Assembly (NCBI GenBank): GCA_937981765.1
Contig: CALJOM010000001.1
Span: 5,778 to 29,777 of the forward strand
Length of the DNA stretch: 24,000 nucleotides
From: an uncultured Bacteroidales bacterium
Lineage (GTDB): Bacteria; Bacteroidota; Bacteroidia; Bacteroidales; Salinivirgaceae
Direction: 5' to 3'
Shown here in pieces: positions 1 to 9,032 of this stretch; the first letter of the stretch is position 1; each line of letters starts with the position of its first letter. The translations under genes were made by a program, and so were the position numbers. A model generated the notes under the pieces. It was not told where the DNA came from. It ran no database searches and worked only from the letters and a program-made list of their open reading frames with translations.

Positions 1-3000
1 ATTCATGGAGTAAAACACTGAACGATTCAGGAACACCGGGTTTTGGAAGTGGCTCGCCTTTGACTATGGCCTCATATGTTTTGGTACGTCCTTGAACATC
101 GTCGGATTTTACGGTTAGTATTTCTTGCAAAATATTCGATGCTCCAAAGGCTTCCAAGGCCCAAACTTCCATTTCCCCAAATCGCTGTCCTCCGAATTGT
201 GCCTTCCCTCCAAGTGGTTGTTGGGTGATCAGTGAGTATGGCCCAATGGAACGTGCGTGCATTTTATCGTCAACCATGTGGCCGAGTTTCATCATATAGA
301 TAACTCCTACGGTTGCTGGCTGGTCAAAACGTTCTCCCGTTTCACCATCGTATAGATAGGTTCTACCAAAGGTTGGTAAGCCTGCTTTTTCTGTGTATTC
401 GGTGATTTGTTCAAGGGAGGCTCCGTCAAAAATTGGGGTTGAGAAATATAAGCCCAATTTTTTCCCCGCCCATCCCAACACGGTTTCATAAATTTGTCCT
501 AGGTTCATACGAGAAGGCACACCAAGGGGGTTTAGTACTATGTCAACCGGTGTTCCATCGGGTAGGAATGGCATATCTTCTTGGCGCACTACTTTGGCAA
601 CGATACCTTTATTACCATGGCGTCCGGCCATTTTGTCTCCAACCTTAATTTTACGTTTTTTAGCAATATAAACTTTTGCTAGTTTTACAATGCCGCTTGG
701 GAGTTCATCTCCAATACTTATGGCATAACGTTTACGCTTAAACTCTGCCTGAATCTCCTTGTAGCGTAACGAATAGTTGTGCAGGAGTTTTTCTACCAGT
801 GCGTTTTTGGTTTCGTCACCAGTCCAGTTAGTAGGTTTAAGCATCAGATGGTCGCCGATTTCGCTAAGATTTTTATGCGAAAATTTTGAGCCTTTGGCTA
901 TAACTTCTTCATTCAGATAATTGTATACACCAGCCGATGTTTTTCCGCTGAGGATTGTTGTCAGTTTATCGACCAAAATGTTTTTGAGTTCCTGAAGTTT
1001 TTGATTTTCTTCTTTGTCGATTTTTTCTAACATTGTTTTTTCAACGGCTTTAACTTTTCGGTCTTTTTCGGCGCGAGAGAATAGTTTTTTGTCAATCACT
1101 ACGCCAAAAAGCGAGGGACCAGCTTTGAGTGATGCGTCTTTTACATCTCCGGCTTTGTCTCCAAAAATGGCTCGAAGTAATTTTTCTTCAGGAGTTGGGT
1201 CTGTAGCTCCTTTGGGAGTGATTTTTCCTACTAGAATATCGCCAGGCTTAACATGAGCGCCAATTCGGATCATACCGTTTTCATCCAAATCTTTAGTCGC
1301 TTCTTCACTAACATTAGGGATATCGCTGGTTAATTCTTCCATCCCAAGCTTAGTTTCCCGAACTTCAAGAATGTGTTCGTCTATGTGGATTGAGGTAAAA
1401 AAGTCTTCTCGAACAATTCGTTCCGATATTACTATTGCATCCTCGAAATTATACCCTTTCCATGGCATAAAGGCTACCATCAGGTTACGTCCCAAGGCTA
1501 ATTCACCAGCTTCAGTTGAATAACCTTCAGTGATAACTTGTCCTTTGGTAACTCTTTGTCCAATCCGAACTATAGGTTTAAGGTTAATGCATGTATCTTG
1601 ATTAGTTTTTTTGAACTTGGGTAACCGATAACGTTTGGTTTCGGATTCGAAATTTACCAGTTTCTCCTCTTCTGAGAGATCGTAACGTATTACGATTTCT
1701 TCCGCGTCAACGTATTCTACTACACCGTCTCCTTCAGCCACAATTAAAACTTTAGAGTCTTCGGCAACTTTTATTTCGATTCCGGTTCCAACGATCGGAC
1801 GCTCTGGTTTCAACAGCGGAACCGCTTGACGCATCATGTTCGATCCCATGAGGGCACGGTTAGCATCGTCGTGTTCCAGGAATGGGATAAGAGAGGCTGC
1901 TATAGAGGCTATTTGGTTGGGGGCAACGTCCATAAGTTCAACATCCTTGGGAGGAACTACAGGATAGTCGGCACCTAGCCTACATTTTACCCGGTCCTTG
2001 ATAAAGGTGCCGTTATCATCTAAGGGCGCATTTGCCTGTGCTATAATTTTGTCGTCTTCCTCTTCTGCACTTAGGTAAACAACCCCTGAGTCTGTTAAAT
2101 CTACTTTCCCTTCTTGAACTTTGCGGTACGGTGTCTCTATAAAGCCCATGTGGTTTATCTTAGCGTAAACGCAAAGAGAGGAAATAAGCCCGATATTTGG
2201 CCCTTCAGGTGTTTCTATCGGACACAAACGTCCATAGTGCGTATAGTGTACGTCGCGAACTTCAAAACCTGCTCTTTCTCTCGACAACCCTCCGGGACCT
2301 AACGCCGATAAACGACGCTTATGAGTCATTTCGGCCAATGGATTGGTTTGATCCATAAATTGAGATAGTGCGTTGGTTCCAAAGAATGAGTTTATCACTG
2401 AACTCAATGTTTTAGCGTTAACTAGATCAACTGGTTTGAAAACCTCATTATCCCGAACGTTCATTCGCTCCTTGATAGTTCTTGCCATTCTGGCCAACCC
2501 AACCGAAAATTGATTGTAGAGCTGCTCACCAACTGTTCGAACCCTACGGTTACTTAAGTGGTCAATGTCGTCAATGTCAGCTTTCGAATTTGAAAGTTCA
2601 ATCAGGTGTTGAATAATGGCAATGATATCTTCTTTGGTAAGAACATGTATCGATGGATCGATGGAAAGTTTGAGTTTTTTGTTAATTCTAAATCGGCCCA
2701 CATCTCCCAGATCGTAGCGCTTATCGCTAAAGAATAGTTTTTCTATGGTATCGCGAGCGGTAGCTTCATCTGGCGGCTCACTGTTACGAAGTGTCCTGTA
2801 AATGAAAAAGATCGCTTCTTTTTCGGAATTACATTGATCTTTTTGAAGCGTGTTATAGATTATAACGTAATCGCTTTTTTCGATATTTTCTTTTTGTAGA
2901 AGAATAGTTTTTACGCCGGCGTCAATGATTTCGTCAATGTGATCGTTTTCGAGAATTGTTTCACGCTCAATGATAACCTGATTTCGATCAATCGAGACTA

Positions 3001-3778
3001 CTTCTCCGGTATCTTCATCTACAAAATCTTCAATCCACGATTTCAGAATTCGCGCAGCAATTTTGCGGCCAACGTATTTTTTCAGATTTGCTTTAGAAAC
3101 CTTTACTTCCTCGGCTAATTGGAAGATTTCTAGTATATCTTTGTCGCTTTCGTAGCCTATAGCACGTAAAAGAGTTGTAACCGGAAGCTTCTTTTTACGG
3201 TCGATATAGGCGTACATCACGTTATTAATGTCGGTTGAAAATTCGATCCACGCTCCTTTAAATGGGATTACTCTTGCTGAATAGAGTTTAGCTCCGTTTG
3301 CGTGAATGCTTTGGGCAAAAAATACTCCCGGTGAACGATGTAACTGACTAACTATTACTCGTTCGGCACCATTGATAATAAACGTGCCTTTCGGTGTCAT
3401 ATAGGGAATGTTACCGAGATAAACTTCCTGAACTACGGTGTCGAAATCTTCATGTTCAGGGTCGGTACAATAAAGCCGCAACTTGGCTTTTAATGGAACA
3501 CTAAACGTTAGGCCGCGCTGAATACATTCATCAATTGAATATCTTGGAGGGTCTAACGTATAGTCTAGAAACTCAAGCACAAAACTGTTTCTGGTATCGG
3601 TAATTGGGAAATTTTCGAGAAAAACTTTAAACAGCCCTTCATTTTTGCGTTCTTCGGGTGTACTATCGAGTTTACAAAATTCTTCGAATGATTTGATTTG
3701 AATTTCCAGGAAATCCGGATAATCGTAGTGGGATTTGGTGGAGGCAAAGTTTATCCTGTAATTGTTGTTCGGAGTCAT
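1..3778 (-). CDS. rpoB: DNA-directed RNA polymerase beta subunit, C-terminal end cut by window start
   Basis: This ORF is absent from the ORF track because it runs off the window. My translation of the minus strand from the ATG at 3778-3776 gives [34 protein letters not shown]...[34 protein letters not shown], a typical RpoB N-terminus. The same frame at the window edge reads ...[19 protein letters not shown], which is near the RpoB C-terminus. The position downstream of rplL is canonical. Confidence 0.95.
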   Translation of the reverse strand, partial: MTPNNNYRINFASTKSHYDYPDFLEIQIKSFEEFCKLDSTPEERKNEGLFKVFLENFPITDTRNSFVLEFLDYTLDPPRYSIDECIQRGLTFSVPLKAKLRLYCTDPEHEDFDTVVQEVYLGNIPYMTPKGTFIINGAERVIVSQLHRSPGVFFAQSIHANGAKLYSARVIPFKGAWIEFSTDINNVMYAYIDRKKKLPVTTLLRAIGYESDKDILEIFQLAEEVKVSKANLKKYVGRKIAARILKSWIEDFVDEDTGEVVSIDRNQVIIERETILENDHIDEIIDAGVKTILLQKENIEKSDYVIIYNTLQKDQCNSEKEAIFFIYRTLRNSEPPDEATARDTIEKLFFSDKRYDLGDVGRFRINKKLKLSIDPSIHVLTKEDIIAIIQHLIELSNSKADIDDIDHLSNRRVRTVGEQLYNQFSVGLARMARTIKERMNVRDNEVFKPVDLVNAKTLSSVINSFFGTNALSQFMDQTNPLAEMTHKRRLSALGPGGLSRERAGFEVRDVHYTHYGRLCPIETPEGPNIGLISSLCVYAKINHMGFIETPYRKVQEGKVDLTDSGVVYLSAEEEDDKIIAQANAPLDDNGTFIKDRVKCRLGADYPVVPPKDVELMDVAPNQIASIAASLIPFLEHDDANRALMGSNMMRQAVPLLKPERPIVGTGIEIKVAEDSKVLIVAEGDGVVEYVDAEEIVIRYDLSEEEKLVNFESETKRYRLPKFKKTNQDTCINLKPIVRIGQRVTKGQVITEGYSTEAGELALGRNLMVAFMPWKGYNFEDAIVISERIVREDFFTSIHIDEHILEVRETKLGMEELTSDIPNVSEEATKDLDENGMIRIGAHVKPGDILVGKITPKGATDPTPEEKLLRAIFGDKAGDVKDASLKAGPSLFGVVIDKKLFSRAEKDRKVKAVEKTMLEKIDKEENQKLQELKNILVDKLTTILSGKTSAGVYNYLNEEVIAKGSKFSHKNLSEIGDHLMLKPTNWTGDETKNALVEKLLHNYSLRYKEIQAEFKRKRYAISIGDELPSGIVKLAKVYIAKKRKIKVGDKMAGRHGNKGIVAKVVRQEDMPFLPDGTPVDIVLNPLGVPSRMNLGQIYETVLGWAGKKLGLYFSTPIFDGASLEQITEYTEKAGLPTFGRTYLYDGETGERFDQPATVGVIYMMKLGHMVDDKMHARSIGPYSLITQQPLGGKAQFGGQRFGEMEVWALEAFGASNILQEILTVKSDDVQGRTKTYEAIVKGEPLPKPGVPESFSVLLHE

Positions 3779-3805
3779 AGTTGTGTTGTATGTAATTGAA
3801 CAATT

Positions 3806-3848
3806 GGAAAAACAACAAAAAGGCTTAGAGCCATTGGCTCTAAACCTT
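3806..3848 (-). terminator. Intrinsic terminator/attenuator hairpin in the rplL-rpoB spacer
   Basis: The minus strand reads AAGGTTTAGAGCC-AAT-GGCTCTAAGCCTT, a 13-bp stem with one G-U pair, followed directly by TTTGTTGTTTTTCC. It lies in the 90-nt gap between the rplL stop and the rpoB start. I saw no TAnnTTTG promoter motif between it and rpoB. Confidence 0.65.
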
Positions 3849-3868
3849 AACCCGTTTTATCGGAATTA

Positions 3869-4246
3869 TTACTTGATCTCAACTTCTGCTCCTGCTTCTT
3901 CGAGTTGTGTTTTTAATGCCTGGGCTTCATCTTTGCTTACACCTTCCTTAATTGCTTTAGGAGCTGCATCAACGATATCTTTTGCTTCTTTGAGTCCTAA
4001 ACCGGAAAGCTCTTTTACAAGCTTAACAACTTGAAGTTTAGCTTGTCCGGCCGATTTAAGAATAACGTCGAATTTGGTTTTTTCTTCCACTGCTGCTCCA
4101 CCACCTGCTGCGGGGGCTGCTACTGCTACTGCAGCGGCTGCTGCGGGTTCGATACCATATTCGTCTTTCAGGATTTGAGCTAACTCATTAACTTCTTTTA
4201 CAGTTAAGTTTACTAACTCTTCAGCAAGTTTTTTTACGTCTGCCAT
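3869..4246 (-). CDS. rplL: 50S ribosomal protein L7/L12
   Basis: The 125-aa ORF has an [35 protein letters not shown]-terminal domain, an Ala/Gly/Val hinge and a C-terminal [19 protein letters not shown] motif. It follows rplJ. Confidence 0.97.
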   Translation of the reverse strand: MADVKKLAEELVNLTVKEVNELAQILKDEYGIEPAAAAAVAVAAPAAGGGAAVEEKTKFDVILKSAGQAKLQVVKLVKELSGLGLKEAKDIVDAAPKAIKEGVSKDEAQALKTQLEEAGAEVEIK

Positions 4247-4279
4247 TGTTTTATTGTTTAAAGAATTATTGACTAAAAA

Positions 4280-4807
4280 TTAATTTCTCTCTTGTAAGGT
4301 TTTAACAACGCCTGCAATAGTATGGCCACCGGATTGAAGTTGTCCGATTACTTTTTGCATTGGTGACTTGAGTAATGCTACCACGTCGGCTATCAACTCC
4401 TCTTTGGACTTGATGGAGGCTAGTGCATCCAGTTGGTTATCACCAACGTAAACCGATTCGGCAACATACGCTCCTTTTAGGATGGGCTTATTTAGCCTTG
4501 GATTATTTTTCCGGAATTGTTTAATGAGTTTCCCGGGTTGATTGGCAACGTTACAGAACATAATGGCACTTGACCCTTTAAGAACCTCCTTTAGTTCTGC
4601 GTAATTACCATTTTGAGCCTCCAAAGCTTTAGACATCAAGGAGTTTTTTACCACCAACAGTTTAATGTTATTTTTAAAGCACTCTTTGCGTAATTGGTGG
4701 GTTTCAGCAGCATTTAGTCCCGATATGTCTGTAATGTAAAAGTGACTGAACTGTGCTAAATGTTCCTTGAGCGATTCTATGATTTGCTGTTTTTCGTCTC
4801 TTGTCAT
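4280..4807 (-). CDS. rplJ: 50S ribosomal protein L10
   Basis: A 175-aa ORF lying between rplA and rplL. Its sequence (MTRDEKQQIIESLKEHL...) and its position are typical of L10. Confidence 0.93.
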   Translation of the reverse strand: MTRDEKQQIIESLKEHLAQFSHFYITDISGLNAAETHQLRKECFKNNIKLLVVKNSLMSKALEAQNGNYAELKEVLKGSSAIMFCNVANQPGKLIKQFRKNNPRLNKPILKGAYVAESVYVGDNQLDALASIKSKEELIADVVALLKSPMQKVIGQLQSGGHTIAGVVKTLQERN

Positions 4808-4825
4808 ATTCCTTGCGTTTTAGAA

Positions 4826-5521
4826 TTATTCATCAAACGACCTTGGATCAACAGGAATCCCAGGACTCATAGTACTGCTCAGATACACACTTTTAACATA
4901 GGTACCTTTTGCTGCTGCAGGCTTTAATTTAATCAGAGTATCGTAAAGTTCTTTAGCGTTGTCTCTGATTTTTTCCGCATCGAAAGAGACTTTTCCTATC
5001 GAAGCGTGGACTATTCCAAACTTGTCGACTTTAAAATCGATTTTACCAAGTTTTACCTCTTTCACGGCGTTTCCAACCTCAGTTGTTACCGTACCACTTT
5101 TGGGGTTAGGCATCAAACCTCTGGGCCCTAAAATTCTTCCCAAAGCGCCAACTTTACCCATTACCTGTGGCATGGTTATGATAACATCTACATCGGTCCA
5201 GCCGCTTTTGATTTTCTCAATATACTCATCGAGCCCTACAAAATCGGCTCCGGCGTCTTTAGCTTCTTGTTCCTTGTCTGGAGTACACAAAACTAAAACT
5301 CTTTTTTGTTTACCTGTACCGTGAGGAAGAGTTACAACACCTCGCACCATTTGGTTGGCTTTGCGTGGGTCAACTCCCAAACGTACGTCTAGATCAACAG
5401 AGGCATCAAATTTGGTGAAGGTAATTTCTTTAACCAATTGTGCAGCCTCTCTGATTTTGTAAACCTTTCCGGGCTCGATCTTTGCGTAAGCTTGCTTTTG
5501 ATTTTTCGTTAATTTAGCCAT
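4826..5521 (-). CDS. rplA: 50S ribosomal protein L1
   Basis: The ORF track starts at 5524, but that codon is GTG. The adjacent ATG at 5521 gives [12 protein letters not shown]..., which matches L1 N-termini. Conserved motifs include [27 protein letters not shown]. Confidence 0.95.
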   Translation of the reverse strand: MAKLTKNQKQAYAKIEPGKVYKIREAAQLVKEITFTKFDASVDLDVRLGVDPRKANQMVRGVVTLPHGTGKQKRVLVLCTPDKEQEAKDAGADFVGLDEYIEKIKSGWTDVDVIITMPQVMGKVGALGRILGPRGLMPNPKSGTVTTEVGNAVKEVKLGKIDFKVDKFGIVHASIGKVSFDAEKIRDNAKELYDTLIKLKPAAAKGTYVKSVYLSSTMSPGIPVDPRSFDE

Positions 5522-5540
5522 CACATTGATCTTTTATCTG

Positions 5541-5978
5541 TTAAAAAGGAGATTCTCCGGTTACGGTTATCCCCATGCTACGTGCTGTTCCTGCAACCAT
5601 TCTCATTGCCGATTCGATGGTAAATGCATTCATATCTACCATTTTGCTTTCAGCAATTTTTCGAATATCATCCCAGGTAACAGAGGCCACTTTTTTACGG
5701 TTAGGCTCGGCCGATCCGGTCTGAATTTTTGTCAATTCTTTTAATTGTACTGCTACGGGAGGCTCTTTGATTACGAAATCAAACGATTTGTCCGCATAGA
5801 CTGTGATTACTACCGGAAGAATTTTGCCGGCTTTGTCCTGTGTGCGTGCGTTAAATTGCTTGCAGAACTCCATAATGTTCACCCCTTTGGAACCTAATGC
5901 CGGTCCAACCGGAGGAGATGGATTGGCAGCTCCGCCTTTGATTTGCAATTTAATTAGTCCAGCAACTTCTTTTGCCAT
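5541..5978 (-). CDS. rplK: 50S ribosomal protein L11
   Basis: The 145-aa ORF reads [44 protein letters not shown], the L11 signature. Confidence 0.97.
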   Translation of the reverse strand: MAKEVAGLIKLQIKGGAANPSPPVGPALGSKGVNIMEFCKQFNARTQDKAGKILPVVITVYADKSFDFVIKEPPVAVQLKELTKIQTGSAEPNRKKVASVTWDDIRKIAESKMVDMNAFTIESAMRMVAGTARSMGITVTGESPF

Positions 5979-5995
5979 AATTTCTCTCTTTCTTG

Positions 5996-6535
5996 TTATT
6001 GTTCTTTCTCAACTTGTGTAAATCCAAGTTCCACGGGTGTACGTCGTCCAAAGATTTTTACAATTACTTTCAACTTCTTTTTTTCTTCGTGTACCTCCTC
6101 AATTGTACCCGTAAAGCCGTTGAAAGGACCTGCCGTAATCTTGACACTTTCGCCAATTATAAACGGGATGCTTATTTCCTCGTCTTTTTCGGCCAACTCG
6201 TCCATTTTCCCAAGAATTCTCCGTACCTCACTTTCTCGTAGTGGGGTAGGTTCACCGCTCGAACTCCCAAGAAAACCAATTACGTTGGTCATGTTCCGTA
6301 TTAAGTGCGGAATTTCACCGGCCATAATGGCTTCTATTATTACGTAACCCGGAAAACTGATGCGCTCTTTGCTCTCTTTTTTCCCGTTACGTAAAACGTA
6401 GATTTTTTCGGTAGGTATGAGAACCTGAGAAACAAAATCCTCTAATTTTTTGTTTCGGATTTCACTTTCGATAAGTTCCTTTACCTTTTTTTCCTTACCG
6501 CTTACGGTGCGGACAACATACCATTTTTTTTCCAT
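5996..6535 (-). CDS. nusG: Transcription termination/antitermination factor NusG
   Basis: The 179-aa ORF begins [18 protein letters not shown] (NGN domain) and has a C-terminal KOW-like region ([21 protein letters not shown]). The secE-nusG-rplK synteny supports the call. Confidence 0.95.
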   Translation of the reverse strand: MEKKWYVVRTVSGKEKKVKELIESEIRNKKLEDFVSQVLIPTEKIYVLRNGKKESKERISFPGYVIIEAIMAGEIPHLIRNMTNVIGFLGSSSGEPTPLRESEVRRILGKMDELAEKDEEISIPFIIGESVKITAGPFNGFTGTIEEVHEEKKKLKVIVKIFGRRTPVELGFTQVEKEQ

Positions 6536-6558
6536 GGTGTGGGGACGTTAACAAGTCG

Positions 6559-6753
6559 CTAGTAAAAAATACTGTAAACCCCGCGCATCAGACCACTGAA
6601 GGCGGTGTCCATTAAATAAATGAGGAGTGCTATGATTAAGGAAGCAACCATTACAACAATTGTACTATTCTGGAGTTCACTCCACTTTGGCCATGTCACC
6701 TTGTTTATCATTTCGTCGAAAACTAAGGTCAGATAGTTTTTAATTTTTTTCAT
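6559..6753 (-). CDS. secE: Preprotein translocase subunit SecE
   Basis: A 64-aa ORF with a single C-terminal transmembrane helix (VVMVASLIIALLIYLMDTAF) and the KVTWPKWSEL motif. It sits between tRNA-Trp and nusG. Confidence 0.9.
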   Translation of the reverse strand: MKKIKNYLTLVFDEMINKVTWPKWSELQNSTIVVMVASLIIALLIYLMDTAFSGLMRGVYSIFY

Positions 6754-6780
6754 GGTGTAAAATTGTTTTCAACACAACGG

Positions 6781-6806
6781 AGCCGAGTTAGTTCTCGGCT
6801 CTTTTT
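6781..6806. other. GC-rich hairpin between tRNA-Trp and secE, with its T-run on the plus strand
   Basis: The plus strand reads AGCCGAG-TTAGTT-CTCGGCT followed by CTTTTT. On the minus (gene) strand the stem is preceded by AAAAAG and followed by a weak CCGTTGTGTTG. Confidence 0.35.
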
Positions 6807-6809
6807 GAG

Positions 6810-6882
6810 CAGGGGCGGAGAGACTCGAACTCCCGACACCCGGTTTTGGAGACCGGTGCTCTACCAACTGAACTACGCCCCT
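6810..6882 (-). tRNA. tRNA-Trp (anticodon CCA)
   Basis: The minus strand reads AGGGGCGTAGTTCAGTTGGTAGAGCACCGGTCTCCAAAACCGGGTGTCGGGAGTTCGAGTCTCTCCGCCCCTG. I folded it by hand: acceptor AGGGGCG/CGCCCCT, anticodon stem CCGGT/ACCGG, loop CTCCAAA, T-loop TTCGAGT. The 3' CCA is not encoded. Confidence 0.93.
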
Positions 6883-6884
6883 GT

Positions 6885-6907
6885 AAAAGCCACCTCTGTA
6901 GGTGGCT
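6885..6907 (-). terminator. Hairpin 7 nt after the tuf stop (terminator or processing site)
   Basis: The minus strand reads AGCCACCT-ACAG-AGGTGGCT, an 8-bp stem, followed by TTTAC. The hairpin abuts the 5' end of tRNA-Trp. The U-tract is short, so it may be only a partial terminator. Confidence 0.5.
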
Positions 6908-6914
6908 ATAGGTA

Positions 6915-8099
6915 TTATTCAATAATTTCAGTTACTTGCCCAGCTCCTACGGTGCGGCCACCTTCGCGGATTGCAAAACGCAACCCTTTGTCGATAGCTA
7001 CAGGGTAGATCAGTTCCACGGTAATTGTTAGGTTGTCACCAGGCATTACCATTTCAACACCTTCGGGTAGATGAATAGTTCCGGTAATGTCCAACGTACG
7101 TACAAAGAATTGAGGACGGTAGTTATTGTGGAATGGAGTGTGACGTCCACCTTCTTCTTTCTTAAGGATATAAACCTCAGCTTTGAACTTGGTGTGTGGA
7201 GTAATGGTTTTTGGGTGTGCTATAATTTGACCACGTTTAACTTCTTTCTTATCAATACCACGAAGAAGTAGACCTACGTTGTCGCCAGCCTCACCGCGAT
7301 CAAGAATTTTACGGAACATTTCAACACCGGTAACAACTGATTTTTTGCTTTCGCCCAAACCGATAATTTCAACTTCGTCGCCAGTTTTTACAACTCCGGT
7401 TTCAATACGTCCGGTAGCAACAGTCCCACGACCGGTAATCGAGAAAACGTCTTCTACCGGCATTAGGAACGGCTTGTCAACATCTCGAACCGGAACAGGT
7501 ATGTATTCGTCAACGGCTTTCATTAGCTCTTCAACTTTAGCAGTCCATTTCGGATCGCCGTTAAGAGCACCAAGTGCAGAACCACGAATTACAGGAGTAT
7601 TATCACCGTCGAATTTGTAGAAGTTGAGCAATTCACGAACTTCCATTTCAACAAGTTCTAGCATCTCTTCGTCTTCAACCATGTCCACTTTGTTGAGGAA
7701 TACAACAATTCTCGGAACGTTAACTTGGCGCGCCAAAAGGATGTGCTCACGGGTTTGTGGCATTGGACCATCAGTTGCAGCAACAACCAAAATTGCTCCG
7801 TCCATCTGTGCAGCACCGGTAACCATGTTCTTTACATAGTCTGCGTGACCGGGACAGTCAACGTGTGCGTAGTGACGATTTTCGGTTTGATACTCAACGT
7901 GTGATGCGTTGATGGTAATACCACGCTCTTTTTCTTCCGGAGCGTTGTCGATTGAGTCAAAATCACGGACTTCACTTAATCCTTTTGCAGCTAACACTTT
8001 GGTAATAGCAGCGGTCAAAGTGGTTTTACCGTGGTCAACGTGGCCGATTGTTCCTACGTTTACGTGTGGCTTGGTCCTTTGAAATTGTTCTTTAGCCAT
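6915..8099 (-). CDS. tuf: Elongation factor Tu
   Basis: The 394-aa ORF contains [41 protein letters not shown] and NKVD GTPase motifs and matches EF-Tu along its full length. Confidence 0.99.
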   Translation of the reverse strand: MAKEQFQRTKPHVNVGTIGHVDHGKTTLTAAITKVLAAKGLSEVRDFDSIDNAPEEKERGITINASHVEYQTENRHYAHVDCPGHADYVKNMVTGAAQMDGAILVVAATDGPMPQTREHILLARQVNVPRIVVFLNKVDMVEDEEMLELVEMEVRELLNFYKFDGDNTPVIRGSALGALNGDPKWTAKVEELMKAVDEYIPVPVRDVDKPFLMPVEDVFSITGRGTVATGRIETGVVKTGDEVEIIGLGESKKSVVTGVEMFRKILDRGEAGDNVGLLLRGIDKKEVKRGQIIAHPKTITPHTKFKAEVYILKKEEGGRHTPFHNNYRPQFFVRTLDITGTIHLPEGVEMVMPGDNLTITVELIYPVAIDKGLRFAIREGGRTVGAGQVTEIIE

Positions 8100-8135
8100 A
8101 ATTTCAGAATGTTAATTATTTAATTGTTTCGGGTT

Positions 8136-8143
8136 CAAAAATA
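8136..8143 (-). promoter_or_regulatory. Candidate -7 box (TATTTTTG) between tRNA-Thr(GGT) and tuf
   Basis: The minus strand reads TATTTTTG, which fits the Bacteroidota TAnnTTTG -7 consensus, about 36 nt upstream of the tuf ATG. No TTTG -33 element occurs at the expected spacing, because that region is inside the tRNA. Confidence 0.25.
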
Positions 8144-8149
8144 CTTTTG

Positions 8150-8221
<72 letters not shown>

Positions 8222-8227
8222 TTGTTG

Positions 8228-8300
8228 AGCGGGAGACGGGACTCAAACCCGCGACCCTTAGCTTGGAAGGCTAATGCTCTATCGACTGAGCTACTCCCGC
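8228..8300 (-). tRNA. tRNA-Gly (anticodon TCC)
   Basis: The minus strand reads GCGGGAGTAGCTCAGTCGATAGAGCATTAGCCTTCCAAGCTAAGGGTCGCGGGTTTGAGTCCCGTCTCCCGCT. The anticodon stem is TTAGC/GCTAA and the loop is CTTCCAA. Confidence 0.93.
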
Positions 8301-8308
8301 TTGTGTTG

Positions 8309-8391
8309 TGGGGAGAGAAGGATTCGAACCTCCGAAGGCGTATGCCAACAGATTTACAGTCTGCCCCAGTTGACCGCTTTGGTATCTCCCC
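8309..8391 (-). tRNA. tRNA-Tyr (anticodon GTA), long variable arm
   Basis: The minus strand reads GGGGAGATACCAAAGCGGTCAACTGGGGCAGACTGTAAATCTGTTGGCATACGCCTTCGGAGGTTCGAATCCTTCTCTCCCCA. The anticodon loop is CTGTAAA, and there is a type II variable arm, as expected for bacterial tRNA-Tyr. Confidence 0.92.
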
Positions 8392-8397
8392 ATATTA

Positions 8398-8474
8398 TGG
8401 AGCCGATGGAGGGAGTCGAACCCACGGCCTGCTGATTACAAATCAGCTGCTCTGACCAACTGAGCTACATCGGC
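8398..8474 (-). tRNA. tRNA-Thr (anticodon TGT), 3' CCA encoded
   Basis: The minus strand reads GCCGATGTAGCTCAGTTGGTCAGAGCAGCTGATTTGTAATCAGCAGGCCGTGGGTTCGACTCCCTCCATCGGCTCCA. The anticodon stem is GCTGA/TCAGC and the loop is TTTGTAA. It is the only one of the five tRNAs here with a genomically encoded CCA. Confidence 0.93.
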
Positions 8475-8510
8475 TTATGTTCAAGAACCTAATCCCTCGT
8501 TTTGGGTTTG

Positions 8511-8541
8511 CAAATGTAGTGAGCTTTTTTGATTTCACAAA
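8511..8541 (-). promoter_or_regulatory. Bacteroidota-type promoter for the tRNA-tuf transcription unit
   Basis: The minus strand reads TTTG-(19 nt: TGAAATCAAAAAAGCTCAC)-TACATTTG. This matches the TTTG(-33)/TAnnTTTG(-7) consensus with 19-nt spacing. The -7 box ends about 36 nt upstream of the first tRNA. Confidence 0.6.
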
Positions 8542-8562
8542 ATATTTTTGATTTTTTTGTCG

Positions 8563-8622
8563 AAAAAAATAATAACCCACCATTTTTTACTGATTATCAG
8601 TATTCAAAAATAGTGGGTTATT
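8563..8622 (-). terminator. Long AT-rich nested hairpin plus T-run downstream of hpf
   Basis: A perfect 10-bp inverted repeat AATAACCCAC (8571-8580) / GTGGGTTATT (8613-8622) encloses further pairing (ATTTTT/AAAAAT and TACTGAT/ATCAGTA). On the minus strand it is followed by ATTTTTTTCGAC. It sits after the hpf stop and before the tRNA promoter. Confidence 0.5.
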
Positions 8623-8708
8623 TTGATTATCACGGTTAACTTTTCAGCTTTTAAGCAGTTTTGCCCTATGTTTTGGGTCTAGTAACTGTTATGATTTTTT
8701 TGTTACAA

Positions 8709-9008
8709 TTATTTATTTCTTAGTTTTTCTTTGTATTTGTTTATTTGAATTTTGAGAGCATCAATACATTCATCGGCTGCTGCTTCGAAAGTTCGTGACT
8801 GACGGCTGGCAAACAATTCGTTGTTTGGGATTTTAACGTGTATTTCTACAATCTTGTTTTCTTTTTTTTCGTTGTTTTCTAGTTTTAGGATTACATCGTA
8901 TTTTACCACATTGTCGAAAAGGTTGTCAACCTTTTGCAGTTTCTTTTCAATGTGGTCGAGAAGTTTTTGATCTGCATCGAAATGGATGGATTGAAATTTT
9001 ACGTTCAT
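8709..9008 (-). CDS. hpf: Ribosome hibernation/ribosome-associated inhibitor protein (short HPF/RaiA/YfiA family)
   Basis: The 99-aa ORF begins MNVKFQSIHFDADQKLLDHIEKKL... and ends FEAAADECIDALKIQINKYKEK, which is typical of the sigma-54 modulation/YfiA fold family. Confidence 0.85.
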   Translation of the reverse strand: MNVKFQSIHFDADQKLLDHIEKKLQKVDNLFDNVVKYDVILKLENNEKKENKIVEIHVKIPNNELFASRQSRTFEAAADECIDALKIQINKYKEKLRNK

Positions 9009-9015
9009 AATTTTT

Positions 9016-9022
9016 CCTCCTT
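9016..9022 (-). promoter_or_regulatory. Canonical Shine-Dalgarno AAGGAGG, 7 nt upstream of the hpf ATG
   Basis: The minus strand reads CAAAAAGGAGGAAAAATT-ATG. I inspected the 20 nt upstream of every other called start in the window. None has an intergenic GGAGG. Only a GAGGAG inside the 98-aa ORF lies just before the mazG ATG. Confidence 0.6.
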
Positions 9023-9032
9023 TTTGTTTTAG

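Noticed and set aside
4093-4150. GC-rich GCT/GCA/GCG-repeat stretch, looked at as a possible tandem repeat.
   Set aside because: It encodes the Ala/Gly/Val-rich flexible hinge of L7/L12 ([18 protein letters not shown]), a normal feature of this protein.
4959-5324. 121-aa plus-strand ORF antisense to rplA, with similar ones opposite rplK/nusG (5526-5744, 5803-6021, 5993-6241, 6120-6347).
   Set aside because: These are shadow ORFs inside well-supported ribosomal and NusG genes, and I recognise no domain in them.
7279-7620. Long plus-strand ORFs antisense to tuf (7071-7271, 7279-7620, 7624-7839).
   Set aside because: They lie entirely inside the strongly supported EF-Tu gene on the opposite strand. 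Their translations are low-complexity, S/T/P-rich strings with no motifs. This is typical of shadow ORFs opposite highly biased genes.
8222-8455. 77-aa plus-strand ORF across the tRNA cluster, and 81-aa ORF 6763-7008 across tRNA-Trp.
   Set aside because: They are composed of the reverse complements of tRNA genes, so the open frames are coincidental.
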